In this document: piece after piece, positions 52,601 to 58,396 of the stretch | How the letters are laid out: each line of letters opens with the position of its first letter | How positions within the stretch are numbered: position 1 is the stretch's first letter | Source of the DNA: an uncultured bacterium | GTDB lineage: Bacteria; Verrucomicrobiota; Kiritimatiellia; RFP12; UBA1067 | Assembly (NCBI GenBank): GCA_902772905.1 | Contig: CACYCL010000198.1 | Coordinates: 1,177-65,176 of the forward strand | Length of the DNA: 64,000 nt | Reading direction: 5' to 3' | Notes under the pieces: generated by a model | The model's database searches: none | What the model saw: the letters and a program-made list of their open reading frames with translations, nothing else | What the model was told of the DNA's origin: nothing | Made by a program: the position numbers and the translations under genes

Positions 52601-54387
52601 GTCGCGCCGGCGTTCACGGTGAGCGAGACGCCCGGATTGAACTTGATCACCGTCCCCGGCGCGATGTCGAGCGTCGCACCGCTGGCGAGAGTCAAGTTGC
52701 CGGTCACATGATAGACCTGACGCGCGCGCCAGACGTTGTTCCCGGTCAGCGTGCCGCTCGTCGCGATCGGCGCGGAGTAACGGTACTCCGTCGCGTCGCT
52801 GTCAAGGACGTTCGCCGCGACGGTGTACTTTCCGTATTCCGGCTTCGTCTCGTCGCCGTCGCCCATCGTGTCGCCGCCGACCGTGTCGTCCGCGATGTGC
52901 GTGAAGATAACGCCCTCCGCAATGCAGACGCCGCCTGACGCAACAGCAAGCGAACTCCCCTCCGTGAACTTCACCACCGTCCCCGCAGGAATCGTCAACA
53001 CGCCGTTCGTCGCCACGGCGAGCGTCCCGTCGATGACGTAAGTCTTCTCTTTGCGCCATGTCACCTCGCCAGCGAGCGTTCCCGAATACGTCTGCACGCC
53101 GTAACGGTATTCCGTCGCAAGGTCGTCCCGTACGAAGCCTGCGACCATGTATGCGTTTTCCTCCGGTTGCGTCGCGCTTCCGTCGCAAAGCGTGTCGCCG
53201 CCGGCCGTGTCGTCGTGGATGCTGGTGAACACGACGCCTTCGGCAATGACGATCCCGCCCGCCTCGATTTTCAGCACCTTGCCGTCAAGGAACTTCACCA
53301 CGGATCCCGGCTCGATCGTCAACGTCGCGCCGTCGGCGACAGTTACGTCGCGCGAAACGACATGGACTTTCCCCTGGCGCCACGTTTCATCCTCTCCGAT
53401 CGTCCCGTCGTGCACAAAGGCGTTGTTCAGTACCATGAACTGCACCGTCAAGGTCTCCCCGCCGGATTGGTGCGTGAGCGTATGCACCCCCTCTCCCTGC
53501 GGATGCCACTCGAACTCGCCTTCTTCGACCGCATTCGAAAGCAGTCGAACGCCATCGACGGCCACTTCGCAGCTCGCCGAACCGCCCCATCGAGGCGAGA
53601 AGCCGATGCGTTCAACTTCATGCGCCACGTACGGCCCGTCTTCCAGCCAGAGCGTCCCCGTCGCGCCGAACGCGCCACCCACGCCGAACGCGAACTTGAG
53701 GTAGCGGTACTGCGTCGCCGCATCGTCCACGACGTTCCCCGCGATGGCGTACTCGCCCATCGCGGGCACGGTCGCGTTGCCGTCGCCCAGCGTATCCCCG
53801 CCGGAACTCTCGAAGTCGTCGTTCACGTGCGTGAAGATGATGCCCGCCGCGACGCACGTCCCGCCCGCAGCGACCTCCAGCGACGCCCCCGGCATGAACT
53901 TCACCACCGCGCCGCGCGCCACCGTCAGCGTCGCGTTCGAGGCGACGCACAGCGTTCCGTCGATCAGGTGCGTCTTGTCTGCGGACCAGTCCTCGTCCGC
54001 CGAAATCTCACCCGTGTGCAGCACCACGCCCACGCCCAGCACGACGAGCCGCGCCGTGTACGTCTCGCCGCCCGCCGTGTGCGTCAGCACGTGGCACCCC
54101 ACGCCCGGCGGCGTCCAGGAGAGCGTCCCTTCTTCGACCGCATTCGAAAGCAGTCGAACGCCGTCGACGGCAACTTCGCAGCTCGCCGCACCGCCCCAGC
54201 GCGGCGAATACGCGACCGCCTCGCTCTCCTTCGCCAGCAGCGTACCTCCGCGCAGGTCGAGCCAGCCGGAACAGCACACGTTGGAGCTGACCCCCGGAAT
54301 CAATCCCGCTTGGGACGGCTCGTCAGTCTCTTCGCCGAACGCGAAAACCGCCGCGAATGCGCAAGCGATCAACAGTCGTTTTCTCAT
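46630..54387 (-). CDS. Giant secreted mosaic surface protein, 2585 aa
   Basis: Trimmed to MRKRLLIACAFAAVFAFG, a signal peptide, with a GAGG Shine-Dalgarno 7 nt upstream. From the N-terminus: duplicated modules, four beta-helix-like modules ending in DDxxGGDTxGDG, a right-handed beta-helix-like region, CARDB-like and CarboxypepD_reg-like domains, a helical region, a beta-sandwich starting SRDPNEIRGPDG, three Listeria-Bacteroides (Flg_new) repeats (GYTFGGWF, GHAFAGWA, GYTFTGWR, GYAFAGWA) and a K-rich C-terminus. Confidence 0.85.
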   Translation of the reverse strand: MRKRLLIACAFAAVFAFGEETDEPSQAGLIPGVSSNVCCSGWLDLRGGTLLAKESEAVAYSPRWGGAASCEVAVDGVRLLSNAVEEGTLSWTPPGVGCHVLTHTAGGETYTARLVVLGVGVVLHTGEISADEDWSADKTHLIDGTLCVASNATLTVARGAVVKFMPGASLEVAAGGTCVAAGIIFTHVNDDFESSGGDTLGDGNATVPAMGEYAIAGNVVDDAATQYRYLKFAFGVGGAFGATGTLWLEDGPYVAHEVERIGFSPRWGGSASCEVAVDGVRLLSNAVEEGEFEWHPQGEGVHTLTHQSGGETLTVQFMVLNNAFVHDGTIGEDETWRQGKVHVVSRDVTVADGATLTIEPGSVVKFLDGKVLKIEAGGIVIAEGVVFTSIHDDTAGGDTLCDGSATQPEENAYMVAGFVRDDLATEYRYGVQTYSGTLAGEVTWRKEKTYVIDGTLAVATNGVLTIPAGTVVKFTEGSSLAVASGGVCIAEGVIFTHIADDTVGGDTMGDGDETKPEYGKYTVAANVLDSDATEYRYSAPIATSGTLTGNNVWRARQVYHVTGNLTLASGATLDIAPGTVIKFNPGVSLTVNAGATLNAQGTRSSPVVFTSIKDDTHGGDTNGDGQKTYAQAGDWEEIRNSGGTIKFEYVKLRYGGYGEYTNQGDAIIRTTGGTTALYGSTLEQSLFRLLHRSGGTVKAENCVLEDARTGIDGGVKLVNCVISKCNTVAASGEIKNSIVWKCDAYGSASWANCVAYGDAISVPNGVVFANPLFIDSEHGDFRIAANSPCVDAGDGSVAPAKDYYGQTRQNMLSSTGSGVADAGGKYPDVGICEVMPRNMVADVDLAAVSVAVSETAVAGEPVAVTWKIKNFGTADAVGERYDRIEFVSDANAVVASRIVRRMDRIVSGGEIRVSADVDAPNAGGVFFVRVAINSNRDIVEGASYANNVAVSESHIDVGVIDVSDGEAVTGSLASGASVVRRFTSGIGGILRVEAPAGTGVTIRHEGSSGVLSTATVGVGGIAFLSVPDTGKPVEIVLEGGTESGDFAISILSEKMVVANVSPSEIPCDGVAVVRIEGAGFDDNVTASLRKGDETLPVDAHLSGRTLVFFVDCSLLVAGESYDVVLRRGDEAKEIESAISVGSVPGVGKPFARLETPSGVRNGKRYVCAVEYGNDGTADVPAPVLQIAADTGARLYYPDDSTGYSGLQFFGAGSQGSADVIMPGERRRVEFAVVYQGAARLTLKTSWDNKPCPPAWTDGDMYLSDMAAAARRISTRGGDATCFQAVRELAERLNAGEQVSVVYGWWHLPDGAPAVNASLAFTNGEVRVETFTDACGRYEVEVPAAGTWILDAPAETESVDAIAGGDSKLDIQTMGELCGTIVVDPGADVVSVTARDDETMEVCRAVPRSATEWSFYGLPAGMYAVDVQADGNWKDAMTMLVDEDAAPESLYATPLATGSIEGTVAGRSAEDAGVPVWIVGVTREWLVSPDETGRYSVSGMPAGYYSVELLTTNFATYTQHEIVEVEAEGTVRCDIAPVDASYEVSAVPVRNLRKAGVLLRQTGTPASNDFDAWLAYANSLYTAYTVEAPAAPYNCSHNIAKYRADLRQRENFFAFLVSMEEIQANASLKGLMLPYMQGLQYLGEVSAEELKKLFFEAVSGKINKMKLKAVEKAIIEFCLAIDEFLIDNSAGDAGELLTIKNTADAIGATIRDISTATSIADILVKAAILKQYADQLARRCKKVRIHGNVAKAAKFMNKMDNAFKVIGFLGDFQKNVSEAWEKGKDIADANQRYLAAQERKRDSVGNIKRMTEAFLAKARNFNVYPLCCGGSFKPTYSNACAAASVTLYQSRDPNEIRGPDGIGAARFVRSGEWMDFTIYFENMTNATAAALDVYVTLPKDDGLDWNTFKSLGVSCGDWLDHTLDECYDGVSTCEVSGTNYSIRTEISHSEEAVDWHLRIIDPATADNYPDDPAAGFLPPNDETHRGEGYVRYRVRAREDAVPGSIIKASATIVFDTNAPIETNPSWTNTVAEIANVTLSAGGVETNLELIVGTPYGDALPGAPPKARKGYTFGGWFTGPNGTGRRVTAQSLVQSGDGGLYAHWLAHAYTVRFNANGGRGTMPNQTFEYGEAKALDGVAFTKTGHAFAGWATGETAAAVYADRAVVSNLTAAAGGTVSLYARWTANRYTVTFDANGGVGGWRRSMAYGSSITPPTVTRTGYTFTGWRPAVAATVPAGNVTYTAQWRASICQITFNANGGVGAMAAQAYTNGVAQALAPNSFSRPGYAFAGWATSADGDVAYADGQRVTVSAGRTLYAKWTKVVAGAFDVTYAKAQAAMGVLHGADGAILGTVQVKAAKMDKKKGTVKISASATLMNGKKASAKAVAVDAGGGTATLAFKAPVGGMALALAADGTFTMEGADGSYVAEADIPQKLPNGTMSFTVGIDALPRLDAGYELLEDLVPDELTLAVTGGKKLDAGKAASPKYKKVKDKASGATWYELQGLDDPKKPNLSGLKLTYAPKTGMFKGSFKLYATNEAATKPGKAPKLKKYTVNVTGVFIDEGDGPKGVGQASVKKPAAGPWDVTVE
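52990..54212 (-). repeat. Two tandem ~609-bp (203-codon) modules at the 5' end of the giant gene (approximate limits)
   Basis: Positions 53520-53589 and 54129-54198 match at 67 of 70 nt and encode SCEVAVDGVRLLSNAVEEG in both copies. The rest of the two modules is much more diverged. Confidence 0.7.
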
Positions 54388-54424
54388 AGCAGCCTCGTTT
54401 GAATTCTCGAGACAGTCCCACTCT

Positions 54425-55876
54425 TCACAACCCGCCGGCAGCAGCCGACATCTCGTCATCAGGAAGGACGACTACGCGAAAACCCCACTCCGCCGAATAA
54501 TAAGTGCGGAAACGCATTTCTCCGTACACACCGGAGGAGTTGCTACCCTGTTGATAAAAATAAGGTTCACCTTGTGGGGCGGTATAATTTCGTTCGTCGC
54601 CATACCCGCTCGCGTTCGAGCAACAAGTTCTCAAAGAGGAGCGTTGCCATTGCGCCGATGTCTTCCAGTTTCCACCGCGCATCACGCGAAGTTTGGCACT
54701 GCCCGTTTTGTTATATCTGGAACTTGTTTGAAAACTGAACGTCGTCCCGGCAGCAGGGCCGGCCGGATCAATGGCATCTTCACGCCCCAAATCCTTAACC
54801 AGCCAGTCGCGGCACCATTCAGAGACGTTGCCGACCATATCATACAATCCCCAGGCGTTCGGACTGTAGGAACCTACGTCCGCGCTCGTTGTCCCATCAC
54901 CCCGACCATCGTTTTTCGTTCCGGCATACCGACAGATTTCCTCAAGATTGTCGCAAGTTCCGACAGCGGTGAGATTTTTGCCGTTGTTCAACGCGGAGAC
55001 AGTCCCCGCTCGACATGCGTACTCCCACTGGGCCTCGGTGGGCAAATCAAAACAAAGGCCTGTTTTCTTTCTGATTCTGCCCATGAATGAGCTCGAGTCG
55101 ACAAGGCTGTTTGCCGGCCAACTCGCCCCGTTTCCCGCACCGCGAATCTCATTGTAGGTCATATATCCGCGAGGTTTTGCGCCCGTACCACTTCCAGTAA
55201 TCAATCCGTACTGTCCGGCGGTTATTTCAAACACACCCATATAAAAGGGCTTTGTCAATGTGACCTTGTGCTGCGTCTCGATGCATTCGTAACCGCAATT
55301 GTGCCCCACCTCGTCTTCGGGGCTGCCCATGAGGAACGTCCCGGCGGGGATGAAGCGCAGCACGAGTTTCTCCGTCTTGTACTCGTCCGTCCAACCGCCC
55401 TCCGGCGGATCGGGCAGGAAGGAGTACGCGAACTCCGTCGCGTTCGTGCCGCCGGAGAGATCGACGACGAGATAGCGCATGTCGCGCACGTACGCCTGGA
55501 CGCTGATCGACACGTTGTCGGAAATCTCGCCGGGATTGTCGGCGCGGGCATCCCAGACAAGGCGCGACGAGCCGCTCTTCACAACGGGATCGGGGTTCTT
55601 CGTCGTGTCGCCGTCCACCCAGATTGTCTTGACCGTAAGCGCACGATCCTTCACGTTGTCCCACGCCGCGACATAGACGGCGAGATTCGTCACCGGGTCG
55701 CTGCACGCGATCTTCGCGTCAATGTCCACCAGTCCGTTCCATGGATACCTCTGCCGGAACTTCACGCTTTCCACGATCACCGACGGCGGTTCAGGACGTT
55801 CGAGTGCGAGACATGACGCTGACATCAACATACAAGTGCCAAATGCCAACAAAGCCGACCTCATTTGCGTCTTCAT
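54425..55876 (-). CDS. Secreted FGE/SUMF1-domain (formylglycine-generating-enzyme family) protein with an N-terminal beta-rich domain, 483 aa
   Basis: Trimmed to MKTQMRSALLAFGTCMLMSASCLA. FGE-sulfatase motifs GTFLMGSPEDE, NAWGLYDMVGNVSEWCRDW, RVMRGGNW ... WGFRVV. Confidence 0.85.
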   Translation of the reverse strand: MKTQMRSALLAFGTCMLMSASCLALERPEPPSVIVESVKFRQRYPWNGLVDIDAKIACSDPVTNLAVYVAAWDNVKDRALTVKTIWVDGDTTKNPDPVVKSGSSRLVWDARADNPGEISDNVSISVQAYVRDMRYLVVDLSGGTNATEFAYSFLPDPPEGGWTDEYKTEKLVLRFIPAGTFLMGSPEDEVGHNCGYECIETQHKVTLTKPFYMGVFEITAGQYGLITGSGTGAKPRGYMTYNEIRGAGNGASWPANSLVDSSSFMGRIRKKTGLCFDLPTEAQWEYACRAGTVSALNNGKNLTAVGTCDNLEEICRYAGTKNDGRGDGTTSADVGSYSPNAWGLYDMVGNVSEWCRDWLVKDLGREDAIDPAGPAAGTTFSFQTSSRYNKTGSAKLRVMRGGNWKTSAQWQRSSLRTCCSNASGYGDERNYTAPQGEPYFYQQGSNSSGVYGEMRFRTYYSAEWGFRVVVLPDDEMSAAAGGL

Positions 55877-56183
55877 CGTTTTTTCCTTTCTTTCATCCCT
55901 TTGCGGCGCAATGGGAACATCACGCCTAGATTTCAGAATCGGCGTTGGGAATGGACGCCTCCTACGATGCATCAGATGAGGTGCTTAGGAAACCTTCAAA
56001 GAAACACCGAAGGAGGCAAGCCTGCTTTTGAGGGCAGGACCCTTCGATGCGCCTTTGAGTCAAGGTTCCTAAGCTTTCATCTGACGCGTCCCAAACGTGG
56101 CTGAGGTTACTACCTTTCACCTCTTCCACGCGGGAAATCTAGTGCTCCATATCAGGGCAAGCCACCCCGCCCATCAACGAAAC
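55877..56183 (-). promoter_or_regulatory. ~300-nt structured 5' leader (candidate cis-regulatory RNA or ncRNA) ahead of the FGE-domain gene
   Basis: It lies between the TGGTATAAT box (56190-56198) and ATG 55876. A 113-nt imperfect hairpin spans 55972-56084 with about 37 bp: TCAGATGA/TCATCTGA, GCTTAGGAA(A)CCTT/AAGGTTCCTAAGC, CAAAG/CTTTG, CGAAGG/CCTTCG and CCTGC/GCAGG. A 5' multi-stem domain is also present (GTGGCT 56097-56102 with AGCCAC 56160-56165; GAGGT 56103-56107 with ACCTC 56119-56123). Confidence 0.45.
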
Positions 56184-56189
56184 GCGCAA

Positions 56190-56198
56190 ATTATACCA
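56190..56198 (-). promoter_or_regulatory. Extended -10 promoter (TGGTATAAT) for the FGE-domain / giant-protein operon
   Basis: The minus strand reads ggggttgTGGTATAATttgcgcg, the same nonamer as at cpaB, scpA and the HydG-like gene. Confidence 0.45.
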
Positions 56199-56318
56199 CA
56201 ACCCCCGTCCAGCCGTCAAATCGGCGGGCGAGCTTTTTTCGCGCTATTCATCCGAATTTCCCGTCTCCGCAATCACGAGAATAAATGTCGTGACTGATGG
56301 TCGAAAACTAGGTGATTT

Positions 56319-56327
56319 TGATATAAT
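56319..56327 (+). promoter_or_regulatory. Extended -10 promoter (TGATATAAT) for the DUF1080 gene; probable leaderless start
   Basis: The plus strand reads gattttGATATAATatacggcATG. There are 7 nt to ATG 56335, with no Shine-Dalgarno. Confidence 0.5.
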
Positions 56328-56334
56328 ATACGGC

Positions 56335-57009
56335 ATGAAAACAACTGTGCTTGTAATTCTAACTTTTGCCGGGGCTGCTGCATGCTCCGCAGCGGAACTA
56401 TTCAACGGAAAAGACCTCGCTGGATGGACATCGGTCGCAGATCATGACGTGACCGGCGGATATGTCGCAGCAGAACCTACGTGGGCCGTAGTAAACGGCG
56501 CCATTCGCACAACGGGAACTCCGTTCGGCTACCTGCGCACAAAACGTGCTGACTTCGCAAACTTCAAACTGACGCTCGAATACCGTTGGTGGCGACCAAC
56601 GGCCCGTTCCAACTCTGGCGTGTTCCTACGCCTTGCGTCCGAGACTGGTTCATTCATTCCCAAATGCTACGAGAACCAGCTTGAGCCAAAAAGCGTCTGC
56701 TCTATATTTGCGTTGGGCGGTTCGGTGCTCGACGGCGTCGCGCCGAGAAATCCGTACGACTCCGCAAATGCTCTTTCGGGAATCGCCGCCGTGCCGGCGA
56801 AGGCACCTTCGGCAGAAAGGCCGTTCGGCGAATGGAACACTCTTGAGATAGATGTTAACGGCGATGAGATCGTCTCTCGCCTCAATGGCACGGAAATGAA
56901 CCGCGTAACAGGCGTAACAACAAGGAAAGGCGCGATTGCCTTGCAGTCAGAAGGCGGAGCTGTCGAGTTCAGGAACATCCGCCTCTCTAATTCTCGAGAA
57001 GGCCAATAG
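56335..57009 (+). CDS. Secreted DUF1080 (3-keto-disaccharide hydrolase-like) protein, 224 aa
   Basis: Trimmed to MKTTVLVILTFAGAAACSAAELFNGKDLAGW. C-terminus GAIALQSEGGAVEFRNIRL. This is the only plus-strand gene in the window. Confidence 0.8.
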   Translation: MKTTVLVILTFAGAAACSAAELFNGKDLAGWTSVADHDVTGGYVAAEPTWAVVNGAIRTTGTPFGYLRTKRADFANFKLTLEYRWWRPTARSNSGVFLRLASETGSFIPKCYENQLEPKSVCSIFALGGSVLDGVAPRNPYDSANALSGIAAVPAKAPSAERPFGEWNTLEIDVNGDEIVSRLNGTEMNRVTGVTTRKGAIALQSEGGAVEFRNIRLSNSREGQ

Positions 57010-57606
57010 CATCTCTTCCAGTTTTTCAAGCGACTTGACACCTGGCGATGTTTCGATAGAACTGTTGACGTCAAGCACGTCTGCACCAGTAGACGCAGCT
57101 GCCAGCACGTTATCAGCGGAAATTCCACCGGCAAGAACGACGCGTCGACCGAGGCGTTTGAACTCTTCAACATAGGTCCAGTCGGCAAGTCGCCCCGTGC
57201 CGCCTGTCCTGCCGCCGTCGCGTCCGTCAAGAAGAACCGCATCAGCGGCATCATCCATATCTGCGCCATCGGCAAGCTGCCACACCTCAAACCCCGCGTC
57301 TTTCAGCGCTGCAGATGCGCCGTGCGACTGTCCGCCATGCAACTGCACAACATCGAGCGGAACAGACTTAGCAACCTTCGAGATGCTGTCGACCGTTCCG
57401 CCGACAAACACGCCCACTACCTTTGGCGGTTGCCTGCGCCCACTGGCTGTACGGGCAGATGCCGCAATTGAACGTGCAGTTCCGACGGACACGCGTCGCG
57501 GCGATGCGGCGGCAAAGACAACTCCAACGTAGTCTACGCCCCGCTTCGCCGCTTCCGCCGCAAATGTCGCATCAGTGATGCCGCATATCTTGAGTCTCGG
57601 CGTCAT
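56947..57606 (-). CDS. trpF: Phosphoribosylanthranilate isomerase
   Basis: MTPRLKICGITDATFAAEAAKRGVDYVGVVF. Confidence 0.9.
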   Translation of the reverse strand: MTPRLKICGITDATFAAEAAKRGVDYVGVVFAAASPRRVSVGTARSIAASARTASGRRQPPKVVGVFVGGTVDSISKVAKSVPLDVVQLHGGQSHGASAALKDAGFEVWQLADGADMDDAADAVLLDGRDGGRTGGTGRLADWTYVEEFKRLGRRVVLAGGISADNVLAAASTGADVLDVNSSIETSPGVKSLEKLEEMLLAFSRIREADVPELDSSAF

Positions 57607-58364
57607 GGCAGTATCTCGCCCTCTAGAACTCCTTTTTCACCAAGTCGCCTGACGAGCGCTGAGCCTACGATGTACCCGTCGGCGTGTCGGGAAACAGAGT
57701 CTGCCTGCGCACGTGTCGAGACGCCAAAGCCGGCAGCAACGGGAATAGGCGACACCTTGCGAATCGCCTCAAGCCGCGCCGAGAGGTCTGCCGGTAGCTC
57801 CGTACGCGCACCAGTCGTGCCCTTTACGGTTATGACGTACAGGAAGCTGTCGCCGACGCCCTCGGCACTCGCGGCAACTCTGTCGATCGGCGTATTCGGA
57901 GCAATGAGCGGAACATATCCTATGCCGTGCGGACGCAGCTCGGCAATGAGTTCTTCGCGTTCTTCAAGTGGGAGGTCAACAATAAGCACGGCATCTATGC
58001 CTGCATCTGACGCTGCCTTCGCGAATGTGCCAAGTCCCATAGAGAACACAGGATTGTAGTAAGAGAACAACACAATACCGGTATCAGGGTGCTTGGCGCG
58101 CAACCTTCCGGCGAGTGCAAGCACATCTCTCAGCCTAACGCCTTGTCGCAGGGCTTCGTACGCCGCGCTTCTAATCACACCGCCATCGGCAAACGGATCA
58201 GAAAACGGCACACCCAGTTCCAGAACGTCGGCACCGCCGGCGACAAGCGCATCCGCCGCTGCCTCGCTCTTCTCAAGTGTAGGATAGCCTATTGTAAGAT
58301 ATGCCACGAACGCACCACGTCCCTGCTTCTTGGCATTTGCAAAAGATTCAGCAATTCTATTCAT
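57603..58364 (-). CDS. trpA: Tryptophan synthase alpha chain
   Basis: 253 aa, GADVLELGVPFSDPFADGGVI. Confidence 0.95.
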   Translation of the reverse strand: MNRIAESFANAKKQGRGAFVAYLTIGYPTLEKSEAAADALVAGGADVLELGVPFSDPFADGGVIRSAAYEALRQGVRLRDVLALAGRLRAKHPDTGIVLFSYYNPVFSMGLGTFAKAASDAGIDAVLIVDLPLEEREELIAELRPHGIGYVPLIAPNTPIDRVAASAEGVGDSFLYVITVKGTTGARTELPADLSARLEAIRKVSPIPVAAGFGVSTRAQADSVSRHADGYIVGSALVRRLGEKGVLEGEILP

Positions 58365-58396
58365 ATTATACCCCTGTTATTTTATGATTTCTGCGT

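Noticed and set aside
46567-55090. Long plus-strand ORFs antisense to the giant gene and the FGE-domain gene (46567..48081, 504 aa; 53167..54402, 411 aa; 53744..55090, 448 aa; 50819..51559 and others).
   Set aside because: Their composition is low-complexity R/A/G/P-rich or S/T/P-rich. They have no promoter or Shine-Dalgarno. They lie exactly opposite a well-supported, domain-rich minus-strand ORF. This is the standard antisense-frame artefact of GC-rich coding DNA.
7212-55972. N-terminal extensions of track ORFs (7212..8189, 6380..7270, 8442..11486, 28843..29337, 31426..32004, 35836..37386, 41283..41987, 42046..43086, 44785..46383, 46630..54459, 54425..55972).
   Set aside because: In each case the extension overlaps the upstream gene or a promoter and has junk-like composition. 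An internal ATG gives a canonical N-terminus (signal peptide, lipobox or conserved family start) with a Shine-Dalgarno or promoter in front.
55972-56084. The 113-nt hairpin as SRP (4.5S) RNA or, on the plus strand, a glycine riboswitch (CACCGAAGGAGGCAAGCCTGC resembles CGCCGAAGGAGCAAGC and the SRP GGAAGCAGCC).
   Set aside because: For SRP, the apical loop is not a GNRA tetraloop and the AGCA-containing motif is on the wrong side of the apex. For glycine, the GGAGAG and CUCAGGCAAAAGGAC elements are absent and the downstream plus-strand gene has no link to glycine. The element is kept only as an unclassified structured leader.
54425-56200. A complete diversity-generating retroelement around the FGE-domain gene.
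   Set aside because: No reverse transcriptase, Avd or template repeat is in the window, and the leader RNA shows no similarity to the putative variable region. Only the possibility of a remote DGR is kept as a low-confidence finding.
56205-56238. A hairpin plus T6 run on the plus strand (CCAGCCG-tcaaat-CGGCGGG..gagcTTTTTT), considered as a terminator of a plus-strand sRNA.
   Set aside because: There is no plus-strand promoter or gene upstream. The stem has a mismatch and sits 5 nt from the T run. On the minus strand the A tract falls at about -50 of the TGGTATAAT promoter, so an UP-element-like role is at least as likely.
58365-58370. TATAAT immediately abutting the trpA start codon (ggggTATAATATG).
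   Set aside because: Zero spacing to the ATG and no TG extension. It lies inside a tightly coupled operon, and the GGGG upstream is better read as the trpA Shine-Dalgarno.
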